A stretch of DNA of 64,000 nt from Candidatus Cloacimonadales bacterium (GCA_963665815.1 OY762463.1:64001-128000), one strand, 5' to 3'. Counted from the first letter of the stretch, positions 41,382 through 52,334 are shown. Notes: generated by a model not told the origin, from the letters alone. A program made the numbers and translations.

Positions 41382-41836
41382 TACCTGTAACCACTGAAAC
41401 AACTCTCAAAATCCTCAATCTCAATTCAGATGAAAGAATCCTTTCTCTCTTTGAAGAACATTCTGATATTGTTATGCTTTGGCTAAAAAGGGTAACTGAT
41501 GAATCGATCTGGACAGAAATCAAAGAAGGAACTGCTGAAGCTGATATTCTCAATGTTTATAAGTTTGCCTATTGCTACTATTTACTGTCTTCAACTATAG
41601 AATTTCTCAACTTAAAGACCATCGGAGAAGGCATTATCAAAACAACCGGAATCGATCAGCAATCAACAGAGCTGCTCTCCGGTATTGAGATCAAATCATT
41701 CAAAAATCAATTAGAAATCAAAGCTCTGGAACTCATTTCAGAACATATCAATGCTGATGGATTTGATCGTCTTCGTGAACTGAAACTTGGTACATCCAAG
41801 CTTAAACAAACCAGAACCAGAGCTACTGTAATATGA
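41378..41836 (+). CDS. Phage hypothetical protein (possible head-tail connector)
   Basis: Coupled ORF in the late operon. Confidence 0.5.
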   Translation: MIPVTTETTLKILNLNSDERILSLFEEHSDIVMLWLKRVTDESIWTEIKEGTAEADILNVYKFAYCYYLLSSTIEFLNLKTIGEGIIKTTGIDQQSTELLSGIEIKSFKNQLEIKALELISEHINADGFDRLRELKLGTSKLKQTRTRATVI

Positions 41837-42296
41837 GTATCGATACTGAAATCCTCAGAGCAATTTACAAAGCACTGGAAAGCAGACTACATCTTATCGG
41901 TAGCGTTATTGAAGGTGAAGCCAGACGACTTATTCTGGAACGTGATATTAAAGATAAAGGTGACTTCTTTCAAAACACCGGATATGCTATTCAATTCAAC
42001 GATGCATCAATTGATCTCGCTGTAGGTTCTAATGTTGCTCATGAGCAATACGTTCTGGGAGGAAAAGTTCCTTCCTGGACTCCACTCGAACCTTTGAGGC
42101 TTGGGTTGAACGTAAAGGCTTGGATTGGGTAGATAAAAAGACAGGAAAACAACTAACAATTGAGCAAATCGCATATCTGATTCGTGGGAAAATCAAAAGA
42201 GAAGGAATTCCGGAAAGAAACATCTTCGCAGAGATTATCAAGAACAAAGAGCAATGGATTTACCAACAACTTGATTCAATCGAGGTTATAATATGA
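41833..42296 (+). pseudogene. Phage neck/tail-completion protein (HK97 gp10-like), frameshifted at ~42097
   Basis: VGSNVAHEQYV..G; continues in another frame as AWVERKGL...IKREGIPERNIF to a TGA overlapping the next ATG. Confidence 0.65.
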
Positions 42297-42670
42297 CTTT
42301 TATTGAAAAACGAAATCTTATTACTCAAGCTCTTGTTGCTATTGGAATAGATGGGAAAAACATCAACTACTCAAAAGATATTATCCCAAGATCATTCCCT
42401 GCTGTTCTTGTTGTGCTACAAGGCGAACAAGGTAAGAATCCAACCTCAAGACAATTCTGCTCGTTTGAGTATAATATCGAAGTTTTCCTCATTGCTGATG
42501 TTAATAATTCAAATGATCCGGATACCGTAATTTTAACGCTTTCAGATAAGTTTAAATCCGAATACAGAGAACTAATGAAACAGGATATTCCTCGAATTGA
42601 ATTCTATCCTGCAAGAGCTGATGCCGGAAGAAAAGTCCGCATAGCAAAGGTTTATACGGTATCAGAATGA
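42293..42670 (+). CDS. Phage protein (possible tail terminator)
   Basis: FPAVLVV motif, size and position. Confidence 0.5.
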   Translation: MTFIEKRNLITQALVAIGIDGKNINYSKDIIPRSFPAVLVVLQGEQGKNPTSRQFCSFEYNIEVFLIADVNNSNDPDTVILTLSDKFKSEYRELMKQDIPRIEFYPARADAGRKVRIAKVYTVSE

Positions 42671-43851
42671 GAGTAAAGAAACTCGGTGGATTCAATATCG
42701 GAATCGTCAGCACTGAAGAGCTACTTTCAAAGAGTTACTCTTCTGAAGCTGTAAATCTGGATTCATACAACTGGGAAGGAAAGCGAAAACTTTCTAAATC
42801 AGCAGAAAAGAAAAAGATGATTCCTGCACCATTCTCAATGGCAAACCTTCTTAAACTTATAGAAAAGGATGAATATCATTCCGGCTGTATTTCCGCTAAG
42901 ATAAATACAACATTGATGCAGGTTGAAGTAAAGAATAGCCAACTCAAAAAGTGGTTTCTGGATGCAGAATATCCGGGCAATGATGATATTATTCTCACTC
43001 TTGGAGAATTGCTCAAATACTTTCTTTCCTGTGGAAATGGTTTCATTATTAAGATGCGAAACTCGGCAGGATTATGGGTTGGTATGGAAAGGCTTCTACC
43101 TACTGAAGTGCAACTACTTGAAAACTATGACGAGTTTGGTTTCTTCAAACCTGACTTTCTGCATGTCAAAAACGGTAAAAAGAAGTTCTTCTCCGGTGAT
43201 GATGTTATCCATTTCAAAAATCCTACTCATAGATCAAATGCTTGGGGTGTTGCCTGTTTACCGGTTGCCATCAATATCGAGATATTAGAGCAGATTAAAA
43301 CCTTTGATTTCAACAACTTCAAAAACGGACTTCTGGTTGATTACTTCATGATAGTAGAAGGTGGAAGCCTTAAAGATGATGTTGTAGAAGATACTGAAGG
43401 AAATGAAGTTCTAAAGGATGCTTTTACAGTAATCGAAGAAACTCTCCAATCCGCTAAAGGCAATAACAAATCACACACTACTGTCTTGATTGAGACTGAG
43501 AATAAAGATGCTAAAATCAGGCTTGAACCACTCAGACAACAAGAAAGAGATGGTGGCTTTATATCTTTAAAGAAAGACCTTAGAGAAGGCATTTTTGCTT
43601 ATCATAGAGTTCCAGCAAGGATAGTGTCTCAGCTCATTCCGGGTCAACTCGGCGGAGACAATAAATCTGACATGCTCATGTTTTATCATTTCGTTATAAA
43701 ACCGCTCCAACACCGTCTAGGGCAGGTGTTAGCAAAGGAGTTTAATAAAGAATACAAGTGGAATTTAACCGCACAGGACTTCGATTTTGGCGATTTGACT
43801 GCCATCTTCGAATCCGCAGACGAGAAGCTCTTTCGAGCAGTTAAAAATTAA
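42667..43851 (+). CDS. Phage portal protein (PBSX-like)
   Basis: GNGF, VIHFK, FKNG, I.AYHRVP..IV, I.PLQ. Confidence 0.8.
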   Translation: MRVKKLGGFNIGIVSTEELLSKSYSSEAVNLDSYNWEGKRKLSKSAEKKKMIPAPFSMANLLKLIEKDEYHSGCISAKINTTLMQVEVKNSQLKKWFLDAEYPGNDDIILTLGELLKYFLSCGNGFIIKMRNSAGLWVGMERLLPTEVQLLENYDEFGFFKPDFLHVKNGKKKFFSGDDVIHFKNPTHRSNAWGVACLPVAINIEILEQIKTFDFNNFKNGLLVDYFMIVEGGSLKDDVVEDTEGNEVLKDAFTVIEETLQSAKGNNKSHTTVLIETENKDAKIRLEPLRQQERDGGFISLKKDLREGIFAYHRVPARIVSQLIPGQLGGDNKSDMLMFYHFVIKPLQHRLGQVLAKEFNKEYKWNLTAQDFDFGDLTAIFESADEKLFRAVKN

Positions 43852-43982
43852 AAATGAAAAATGAAAAATTAAAAGGAAGAAAAAAGATGATACATCGAGG
43901 ATTGAGAGACAGTTACTTAACTTTTGCAAACAACCATCTCTTAATTCTTAATTATTAATTCTTAACTCATTTGGAGGTTGGA

Positions 43983-45719
43983 TTGAAAGCTAAGAAAATC
44001 GTAAAAAAGGGAGAACTTAGAAACGTAGAGGTTGAGCTGGTATCTTTGCTTTTTGATGATATGACTCCTGCAAATCAGAAAGGATTTGTGATCAAATCAG
44101 CAAACGGAAAGAGCTATCGAATTAAAGGAAGCTCCAAGAAGTTTAAAAGTGAAACAAAAGGTTCACAAGGTCGATTATACGTCACTTTGATGGAACCGGA
44201 AGTTGAAGACGCACAGGGTGATTTTTATACTGTAGATGAAATCCAGAAAGCATGTGATTATTTCTCAAAACATGGAATGGTTGGAAAGAATGATATCAAC
44301 CACAATAATCATCCGGTAAATGATTTCACAGTAGCTGAGAACTATATTCTCAAAACTGCTGATGAAGTGCATTTTCCTGATGTCAAAGTCGGCTCATGGG
44401 TTCAAGTTCTCAAGTGTGTTGATCTTACATCTCCACTCTGGAAGAAAGTTGAGAAAGGTGATTTTAACGGTGTTTCCATCTATGGTAGAGCAGATGATTT
44501 GGGAGAAACTTCTGCAGCTCTCAAAGCTATCAAAGATGAGCTTTCAGGATTGAAAGAACTTCAAAAATCAATGCAGGATAAAGAACGTCAGACAGAGCTT
44601 GAAAAAGCGATTACAGAGTTGGAATCCAAGCTTTCTGAACTTGAGAAAAGTCTTGGTGATTCTTCACTTCGGGAGGCAGTCAAAAGCATTGAGAAGTCGC
44701 TTAACAGCTTATCTGTCACAATGAATAAAGCTATTTCTAAATCAATCAAAGGAGAACCATCAGAGTTTGAAGGTGATCGTGAAGTTGTTATCAACGGTGA
44801 GAAAATTTTTGTCAAAGCTGCACATCGTGAAATCTACAAAGGCATTGCTGATGTTGATTCAGGTAAAAAGATGAATATTCTTACCCCAAACACAACATCT
44901 CTTTTCATTGATGAAGTTGTTGGATCAAAACCGGGTGATACTTTAACAGACATCTCAGTAATTCCACTCTTGAAAGATGAAAGCATCGATGTTGGTTTAA
45001 TCGAAGATTTGATCTTTAAGAATCAGCTTGATGGAGCATTATCCGCTCAGGATGTTACTTCAGCCGATATGCAATGCCCAACTGGTATCCTCAATGCTGA
45101 ATTTACTCTCGGAAGAGATATTGTGGAATTTTACAAAGACAAATACGGAGAAGATGCCTTCGGTGCTTATGTTGAACAGCATATTGCTAAGAAAGCAGAA
45201 AAAGCGATCCGTCTTTTACTTTTCAAAGGTGATAGAAGTTCTGCAGCAGCTAAACTAAAGGCTTTAAATGGTGTCATCAAACTAGCAACTGACAATTCAG
45301 ATATCACCACTATAAATCCAACAACTTATGCTGAATGGTCAGAACGCTTTGAACAGACTCTTCTTCTCTTCTCAGATGAGATGCTGGAAGAACAGGAAAA
45401 CTTCAAAATGTATGTATCTCATAAGGACCTGATACGTATCAGAACTGAGCTTGGAAAACGTGAGACCAATAAAGGTGATAAACTACTTCTTGAAGGTGGA
45501 AAAGTGTCATTTGCCGGTATCCCTGTTAAAGCTCGATTAATGCCTGACAATTACATCATCGTTGGTTTGACCAAGTTTATTATAATCGGTTATAGAACCG
45601 ATGCAGAGCTTAAAGTTGAGCATCATGGTTCAGACTGGAAATACCACTGGTATATCAGAATCAGACCGGGCATCACCTACGTTCCAAACTTTGTAAAAAT
45701 CTACCAATTAACCGAATAG
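43983..45719 (+). CDS. Fused XkdF-like prohead protease / coiled-coil scaffold / major capsid protein
   Basis: VSL..D..PAN, DAQGDF, GSWV, GDFNGVSIYG; central coiled coil; C-terminal HK97-like part (LFKGD, LNGVIK, FAGIPV); RBS GGAGG then TTG. Confidence 0.7.
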   Translation: MKAKKIVKKGELRNVEVELVSLLFDDMTPANQKGFVIKSANGKSYRIKGSSKKFKSETKGSQGRLYVTLMEPEVEDAQGDFYTVDEIQKACDYFSKHGMVGKNDINHNNHPVNDFTVAENYILKTADEVHFPDVKVGSWVQVLKCVDLTSPLWKKVEKGDFNGVSIYGRADDLGETSAALKAIKDELSGLKELQKSMQDKERQTELEKAITELESKLSELEKSLGDSSLREAVKSIEKSLNSLSVTMNKAISKSIKGEPSEFEGDREVVINGEKIFVKAAHREIYKGIADVDSGKKMNILTPNTTSLFIDEVVGSKPGDTLTDISVIPLLKDESIDVGLIEDLIFKNQLDGALSAQDVTSADMQCPTGILNAEFTLGRDIVEFYKDKYGEDAFGAYVEQHIAKKAEKAIRLLLFKGDRSSAAAKLKALNGVIKLATDNSDITTINPTTYAEWSERFEQTLLLFSDEMLEEQENFKMYVSHKDLIRIRTELGKRETNKGDKLLLEGGKVSFAGIPVKARLMPDNYIIVGLTKFIIIGYRTDAELKVEHHGSDWKYHWYIRIRPGITYVPNFVKIYQLTE

Positions 45720-45727
45720 GAGGATAT

Positions 45728-45928
45728 ATGTGGAAATGGATACTGAAACAAGCGTTGAAATCACTCGCTGAACCGATTGTTGATGCAATCATCCTTGCTC
45801 TTGAAAACTTAGCAGCAAGAACAGGCAATACTATTGATGATCAGTTTGTTGCTAAGTTCAAAGAGTTCAAAGAAGCAATAATCGGCTTCATCCTCGCTAA
45901 CTGCGATAAAATCGTCAAATCAAGCTGA
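45728..45928 (+). CDS. Small phage protein (holin-like)
   Basis: LAART.NTIDD motif; RBS GGAGG. Confidence 0.5.
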   Translation: MWKWILKQALKSLAEPIVDAIILALENLAARTGNTIDDQFVAKFKEFKEAIIGFILANCDKIVKSS

Positions 45929-45938
45929 GGAGTAACCA

Positions 45939-46481
45939 ATGTCACTTACAAAACCAACATTGCCATCCGGTATGAGTTCAGGAGATTTAGCCGATCTCCT
46001 GAACCAGATCGGGAAGGTCGATGTTTATAATATTTATGCTGCAATCGGAAGTATGTCTTCTGCTGAAATTACAGCAATGTTTGCCAATTTGGGTGCAATA
46101 AATGCAGAGTTGACAGCTTCATTTGAAGAAGTGGGAGAGCTTGCAGAGAAACCGTTCAAAGCCGAATCCAAAACAGAAAAATTAAAAACTCGCCACTATC
46201 AATTGGAAGGCAAACGAACAAACGTGGTTACAACTACCATCGTTGGAATTTCTGAAGCGAAAAAGAACTGGTTGGAAGATCAAAGTGCAGGAATGACACA
46301 ACTTACTTTTGTAGCTCTTTCTAAAGATAAAACGCAGGCAATTCTGATTAATGGATGCCGATGGACTGTAGATTGGAGCGGTGAAGCTGATGGCTTATAC
46401 ACTCAGGAAATCACAACTGAATTCACAGGCAAAACTTCTGAGAAGATCGTCTTCTTCAATCAGATAAGTGCGTCTGAATAG
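45939..46481 (+). CDS. Putative major tail/tube protein
   Basis: Beta-rich 180-aa protein after the capsid gene; RBS GAGGAG. Confidence 0.5.
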   Translation: MSLTKPTLPSGMSSGDLADLLNQIGKVDVYNIYAAIGSMSSAEITAMFANLGAINAELTASFEEVGELAEKPFKAESKTEKLKTRHYQLEGKRTNVVTTTIVGISEAKKNWLEDQSAGMTQLTFVALSKDKTQAILINGCRWTVDWSGEADGLYTQEITTEFTGKTSEKIVFFNQISASE

Positions 46482-46489
46482 GAGTTACA

Positions 46490-46642
46490 ATGGATGTTGA
46501 AGTAAAAAAGAAAATCGATGATGTGCATAAAGAAATCTACGGTAACGGCAATTCATCTAATTCAATGGTGACTCGTATTGCAAAGATGGAAAGCACAATC
46601 AAAATTAACTTTCATTTCAATATATCAAATTGTAAAAGTTGA
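46490..46642 (+). pseudogene. Phage gene apparently truncated at the cargo junction (~46610)
   Basis: MDVEVKKKIDDVHKEIYGNG..MVTRIAKME then an abrupt change to AT-rich sequence. Confidence 0.5.
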
Positions 46643-46654
46643 GATATTTAAATT

Positions 46655-48121
46655 TTAATGATCAGTAAATACCATGCTGTTCAATAAATCAGAAATTTTT
46701 ATAACAGCTATACCTGAAGTAATATCAGACATAGCATAAGGAATTATAAGTTTATCATTGTGAACCAATCCTCCACAAGAATATATTACGTTTGGAACAT
46801 ATCCTTCACGTTCCTCATCGTTTGGAGTTAACAAAGGTTCCTCTAGTCTAGCTATAATTTTTGAAGGATTGTCAATATCAAGAAGTATTACTCCCAAAGA
46901 ATATTGCCTCATAGGACCAACACCATGCGTAAGCACAAGCCAGCCTTCACTTAACTCAATTGGAGATCCACAGTTTCCTATTTGAACAAACTCCCAAGAC
47001 TCTGTCGGTTCTTGAATTATCTTTGATTCGTACCAGAAATGTAGATTGTCTGAATACATTATACGATTATTTTCACCATCTTGCCTGGAAAGCATTACAT
47101 ATTTTCCATCTATTTTACGAGGAAAAAGTGCCATTCCTTTGTTTTGAACAGCTTCTCCATTTAATGTACTAATATTGAAGGATACAAAATCGGTAGTTTC
47201 TATTAGTTGAGGTAGAATTCCATGACCACTGTAGGCAGTATATGTTGCATAATATGTCACTTCGTTATTATCATCAAAGAATTCAACAAAGCGTGCATCT
47301 TCTATTCCTCTACTCTCATTATCGGAAACAGGAAATATAACTCTTTCTGAAATTTTTGATTTATCATTAAAATTAATCCTGTAGTTTGAATTTGCTAACC
47401 ACTTAATATTATTTATAGTTAGGTTATGATAGTTGAAATCTGGTGTTAAATGTAATTTATTTATACTTTCTTTTAATTGCGAATATGTAAAAATCATAGG
47501 CATAGTTTTCAATATATTACGACTTGTTTCATTCCAAAATTTCATATCTTCAAGTTTAAGACAGAATAAGGATTTATCATATAAAGGATCATGAGAAATA
47601 TCAGGAGTTTCCACATAATCAGAAATTTGATCGAAAAGGAAAGAACCATTACATTCTATAATACCACTTCGAAAGACAATAGATGAAATATGCCCTTCTC
47701 CAGTAGCTCTTAAGCTCATAATAAATCTTAACTGTCCATGCTTAACACCATTTTGATTTGGATGTGGAACTATTGACGGATTAAAAAGAGCAGCAGATTC
47801 AATTGAATATTCCATTGTAAAATATGCACCTATGAGCATTTTCTTTTCTTTACTAATAGTTATATTGGTAGGTATATACTCAGAAACTTTGAAGAAACTA
47901 TGACTAAGTTGTTGCTCAATATTTTTATGTCTATCGTAAAAATTCGCTCGAACTTTCATTAACAGATTACGAGTATCTTTTTCTGATAACCTTATTACTC
48001 GATCAATTATCCTACTTACTCGTAAGTCATTATTTGGTATATGAATTCTAGTAATTACTCTACTAGTATCACGGACAATCCTGATTTGATTCCTTTTAAT
48101 TTTCGATTGAATATTTTCCAT
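46655..48121 (-). CDS. GH130-like glycoside phosphorylase/hydrolase with N-terminal extension
   Basis: ALFNPS, SLRATGEGHISS, GIEDARF, EREGYVPNVIYSCG. Confidence 0.88.
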   Translation of the reverse strand: MENIQSKIKRNQIRIVRDTSRVITRIHIPNNDLRVSRIIDRVIRLSEKDTRNLLMKVRANFYDRHKNIEQQLSHSFFKVSEYIPTNITISKEKKMLIGAYFTMEYSIESAALFNPSIVPHPNQNGVKHGQLRFIMSLRATGEGHISSIVFRSGIIECNGSFLFDQISDYVETPDISHDPLYDKSLFCLKLEDMKFWNETSRNILKTMPMIFTYSQLKESINKLHLTPDFNYHNLTINNIKWLANSNYRINFNDKSKISERVIFPVSDNESRGIEDARFVEFFDDNNEVTYYATYTAYSGHGILPQLIETTDFVSFNISTLNGEAVQNKGMALFPRKIDGKYVMLSRQDGENNRIMYSDNLHFWYESKIIQEPTESWEFVQIGNCGSPIELSEGWLVLTHGVGPMRQYSLGVILLDIDNPSKIIARLEEPLLTPNDEEREGYVPNVIYSCGGLVHNDKLIIPYAMSDITSGIAVIKISDLLNSMVFTDH

Positions 48122-48151
48122 TTCCCATTTCCTATTGTTTTAAGCAATAAC

Positions 48152-49165
48152 TCATTTCAAAAGAATCTTGTTATAAACATTTATATAAGCTGTGATCATT
48201 TTTTCACGGCTAAATTTTGATTTTGCCCAATTGTGACAGTTAACTCTATTAATGTATCTAATATTTTTTACTGCAAAAACTGCTTGTGAAATATCATTTA
48301 CAAGAAAACCCGTTTTCGAGTCATCAATTAATTCCGGCATTGAGCCTTTATTAAAAGCTATTACTGGTGTTCCGCAAAGCATTGCTTCTGCTACACTTAA
48401 GCCAAATGGTTCACAAAAATTAATTGGGTGCAATAACGCATAAGCATTTCCCAAGAGTTTATCACGTTCTTTCACTCCTGAATTTCCAACGAATATGATA
48501 TCTTTGTTGTTAATTAATGGTTTTATCTTGTTTTCATAGTACTTTTCATCTTGGATCAAACCTGAAACAACAAGCTTTCTTCCTGATTTTTTAGCAATTT
48601 GAATGGCTTCATAAGTACCCTTTTCAGGGTGAATTCGACCAAAATACAAAAGGTAATCTTTTGCTACTGGTTTAAATGTAAAGTTGGAAGTGTCAATTCC
48701 ATTGTATACAGTTGCAATATAATCCAATTCAGGGCTTCGGTCAGAATTACTGATAGAAACATAATAGTTATCATTATTGTATTTTTTAAAAACAGGAATT
48801 ATTTTTGGAGATGAAAATCCATGAATAGTAGTAACCATTGGAGTTTGTATTAATCTAGAAAAACTAAGAGGTAAAAAATCGAAATTATTATGTATCAAAT
48901 CGAAATCATTCGCCATCTCCATTAAGTTACTTATATGCAAACATTCCCATACTTTAGGTTCAATATTTTGATCTTCTGCATATGCTGTTTCACAAACATA
49001 CTCCAACTTTCCTTTTGTAATAGAATTCCCTGTGGCAAAAAGAGTTACATCAAAACCTTTTTCTACAAGTCCTTCAGCAATATTAGATGTCACCTGCTCC
49101 CAAGGGCCATATTTTATGGGTGGTGTACGCCATGCAATTGGTGATAATACAGCAATTTTCATCAT
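48152..49165 (-). CDS. GT4 glycosyltransferase
   Basis: PP..YGPWE, GRIHPEKG, EPFGLSVAEAM. Confidence 0.92.
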   Translation of the reverse strand: MMKIAVLSPIAWRTPPIKYGPWEQVTSNIAEGLVEKGFDVTLFATGNSITKGKLEYVCETAYAEDQNIEPKVWECLHISNLMEMANDFDLIHNNFDFLPLSFSRLIQTPMVTTIHGFSSPKIIPVFKKYNNDNYYVSISNSDRSPELDYIATVYNGIDTSNFTFKPVAKDYLLYFGRIHPEKGTYEAIQIAKKSGRKLVVSGLIQDEKYYENKIKPLINNKDIIFVGNSGVKERDKLLGNAYALLHPINFCEPFGLSVAEAMLCGTPVIAFNKGSMPELIDDSKTGFLVNDISQAVFAVKNIRYINRVNCHNWAKSKFSREKMITAYINVYNKILLK

Positions 49166-50088
49166 TATAGAGGACTTCTTGAATTATTTAAGCAATGATC
49201 AACAAGATCATCAATGACTGCTGTCCCAACACACATCACTTTGTCTGCACCACCCCAATAAATTTTTACTGTTCCATCTGGTTCCGGAACTGCTGCACAA
49301 GAAAAAACAACATTATGAACATATCCTGTAATTTCATAATCTTCTTCAGGTTGCAATATCCAGTCATCACCAACTGCAATAATTTTTGAAGGATCAACAA
49401 GATCGTGTAATGCAACTCCAAGGCGGTAGACACACCCATCCATTGTTGGAAATACACCATGATAAATATTCAGCCAACCTCGCAAAGTCTTTATTGGTGG
49501 AGCTCCAGGACCTATTTTCATTTCATCCCAATGATATTGCATTGGTTTCATTATAAGTTTTGCTTGTCCCCAGTACTTAAGATCAGGGGAATATGATATC
49601 CATATTGACCAAGGAGAAATCTCAGAATGAGGTCTGTCTAAACGTGCATATAATCCATTAAATTTTTCAGGGAAGATAACTACATTCCTATAATCAGCTT
49701 CTGTAATAAACGATAACCGCTCAATAAAAATAAAATCTATAGTTTTAGCAAGACCAATGCGCACACCATGTCTAGAATAAGCACTGTAAGTAATAAGATA
49801 CTCACCGTCTATATTTATTATACGTGGATCTTCAATTCCATATTCTTCATAATCTTTGAAAATGCCATCATTCTCTGGAACCATAAATGGTTTCTCATCA
49901 ACCTTAAAATTATAGCCATCAATACTAATGGCTTTTCCTAAAATACTTCGCCCATTTCTTTTGTGTGACCTAAAAATCATAACGTAAGTATTTTCAAATT
50001 TTACAACAGCAGCATTGTGAACAGTAGCAACAGGATAAGGAACATCTTTTTTTGTGAGAATTGGATTGTTTTTATATCGTACTATCAT
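49165..50088 (-). CDS. GH130 glycoside phosphorylase/hydrolase
   Basis: RYKNNPIL, GIEDPRI, YEITGYVHNVVF, YWGGAD. Confidence 0.9.
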   Translation of the reverse strand: MIVRYKNNPILTKKDVPYPVATVHNAAVVKFENTYVMIFRSHKRNGRSILGKAISIDGYNFKVDEKPFMVPENDGIFKDYEEYGIEDPRIINIDGEYLITYSAYSRHGVRIGLAKTIDFIFIERLSFITEADYRNVVIFPEKFNGLYARLDRPHSEISPWSIWISYSPDLKYWGQAKLIMKPMQYHWDEMKIGPGAPPIKTLRGWLNIYHGVFPTMDGCVYRLGVALHDLVDPSKIIAVGDDWILQPEEDYEITGYVHNVVFSCAAVPEPDGTVKIYWGGADKVMCVGTAVIDDLVDHCLNNSRSPL

Positions 50089-52334
50089 AATTTTGCATCT
50101 TTCAAATCGGATATATGATATTCTTCATAAGCTTGCAAAACAGTGATGTAAGAAATTGTATAGGCTAAAATACTTTCAGCTCCTTGATTTCGATTTACTC
50201 CATAGCTTTCCAATCCATCGCAACAACCTTTTGTTTCGAAATCGTATAAAATAATTCTTAAATCGTTTTCTCCAAGAAACCACATAAATGAGGAAAATAA
50301 TTTTTCAAGATAACCCTTTTCATTGGTAAACTTATATGCCTGATGAAACATTAAGACCATTGCCATAGCATCAATTGGCTGTTGGGCAAATTTCGATACT
50401 TCTTCACCTTTTTTATACCAGTCTTCGTTTCCAATTATGGATAAATAGCCTTCGCTCATTGTAGTATCTGTTAGGAAATGCATTGTTTTCACACCAATAG
50501 TTCTAAAATCATTATCGTTTAAAACTTCTGCTGAATGTAATAATGCTAAAGGTAGAATAGCGTTGTCGTATGCTAGTAGTTCTTCAAACCAAACCCATTT
50601 TTCTGTACAATTATTTTTAAAGCCTTCTGCCAATTTTGTTGCTAATTTCTTAAGTAACTCAATCATCTCATCATCAGAAGGAGAAATGCGTAGATAATAA
50701 CTTAAACCAAGTATAATATTGGCAATACCTCGAATGGATTTTACATTATCAAAATTTGGAACAGCTTTAAAAAATATAGATTTTCCAATTTGAAAATATG
50801 AATCGGATGGAGCATTTGCAATCATATAACCAAGTGCCCAAATTGTCCTTCCAAAAGAATCTTCTGATCCTACTTCATCAAGAAAGCTGCGGTTAAAGCT
50901 CATGAAGTTCCTAAAAGTTCCATTTTCATTTTGCATATAATCTATATAACTAAGATAAATTGGACATAATTCAAGAGCTGTGTAATCTTTCTTTTGATTA
51001 AAAACCATTAAAGCCATGAGTAATGCTCTAGAATTATCATCGATACAATAGCCTTCTTTTAAAAATGGTATCCCATATTTCGCATGTTGTATAATCCCAG
51101 TATCATCTGTCATCCTTTTAATATGAGTTAGTGAAAACGTTGGAAGAAGCATCAAATTAAAAGGAGTTGCTTTCCTTTTCTCGATTACTAAATCCTCTGC
51201 AACAACATTTACCAGTAAATTGTAATATTTTTTACCAATTTTTGGCCAAGTTATTTCTCTTCCATATTTGTAAGCCTTTTTTCTTATAGCCAGTCTCTTT
51301 TGGGGGTTATCAAGTAATTCTATCAAAACCTCTGTGAGTTGGTGCACATCATTGAAATCAAACAACACTCCCTTTTCATCTTCAAGTAATTCAGATGCAT
51401 GCCAATATGGTGTAGAAACAACTGCAGAACCTACTCCTATCGCATAAGAAAGTGTTCCGCTTGTTATTTGAGCTTCATTCAAATAAGGAGTAATATAAAT
51501 ATCTGAAGCATATAAATATTTGAATAGGTCACTTTGATCTACAAACTTATCTAACATGAGAATATGTTTTTCAAGATTGAGATCTTTTATTAGACTAGAA
51601 AGGTAAATTCTATATTCTTCACCTGAGTGGCGAAGCACATTTGGGTGAGTTTTTCCTAAAATGATATACAATGTTTCAGGATGCTTTTCAACAACTTTTG
51701 GCAATGCTTTGATGGCTACTTCAATTCCTTTATTCCTACTTATAAAGCCAAAGGTAAGCAATATATTTTTCTTCTCAAGTTTAAATTCTCTTTTGGTATC
51801 TATTTGAGAATAGTCAAAATCAGGAACACCATGTTCAATACAAACTATTTTATCTTTTGGAGCTTCATAAATATTTACAAGAAGGTCAATTGCCTTCTGA
51901 CTCATTACTACTATTCTATTAGCAATCTTACAAATTTCCTTAAGTATTGATTTTTCAGTATATGAAGGTGATTTTAGAATTGTATGTAAGGTAACGATTA
52001 ATGGGATTTTAAGTCGATATAGAAGAGGGAGTATATATATTCCACTTTGTCCACCATAGATACCAAATTCATGCTCTAGTACACAGCAATCTGCCCCACA
52101 ATGATTTATATATTTTACTGCCGATAAATAATCCTTTTGCGATTCCTGTTTTATTGTCATTTTTACTTCTTCAGGATACACATAATTTTTACCAAAATCA
52201 TTCATAGCTACAACAAAATTTTCACTCATTTCTCCTTTATTCTCAGCGAACCTGACGGCGTTATAAAGGTCTCTAGTAAATGCCCCTATACCGCATTCTC
52301 GAGGAGGATAAGATCCTATATAAACATTTTTCAT
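50085..52334 (-). CDS. GT4 glycosyltransferase fused to a C-terminal (alpha/alpha)-barrel domain
   Basis: YPPRECGIG, EHEFGIYGG, QITSGTLSYA; C-terminal DDTGIIQHA, DDNSRAL, NQGAES. Confidence 0.88.
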   Translation of the reverse strand: MKNVYIGSYPPRECGIGAFTRDLYNAVRFAENKGEMSENFVVAMNDFGKNYVYPEEVKMTIKQESQKDYLSAVKYINHCGADCCVLEHEFGIYGGQSGIYILPLLYRLKIPLIVTLHTILKSPSYTEKSILKEICKIANRIVVMSQKAIDLLVNIYEAPKDKIVCIEHGVPDFDYSQIDTKREFKLEKKNILLTFGFISRNKGIEVAIKALPKVVEKHPETLYIILGKTHPNVLRHSGEEYRIYLSSLIKDLNLEKHILMLDKFVDQSDLFKYLYASDIYITPYLNEAQITSGTLSYAIGVGSAVVSTPYWHASELLEDEKGVLFDFNDVHQLTEVLIELLDNPQKRLAIRKKAYKYGREITWPKIGKKYYNLLVNVVAEDLVIEKRKATPFNLMLLPTFSLTHIKRMTDDTGIIQHAKYGIPFLKEGYCIDDNSRALLMALMVFNQKKDYTALELCPIYLSYIDYMQNENGTFRNFMSFNRSFLDEVGSEDSFGRTIWALGYMIANAPSDSYFQIGKSIFFKAVPNFDNVKSIRGIANIILGLSYYLRISPSDDEMIELLKKLATKLAEGFKNNCTEKWVWFEELLAYDNAILPLALLHSAEVLNDNDFRTIGVKTMHFLTDTTMSEGYLSIIGNEDWYKKGEEVSKFAQQPIDAMAMVLMFHQAYKFTNEKGYLEKLFSSFMWFLGENDLRIILYDFETKGCCDGLESYGVNRNQGAESILAYTISYITVLQAYEEYHISDLKDAKL

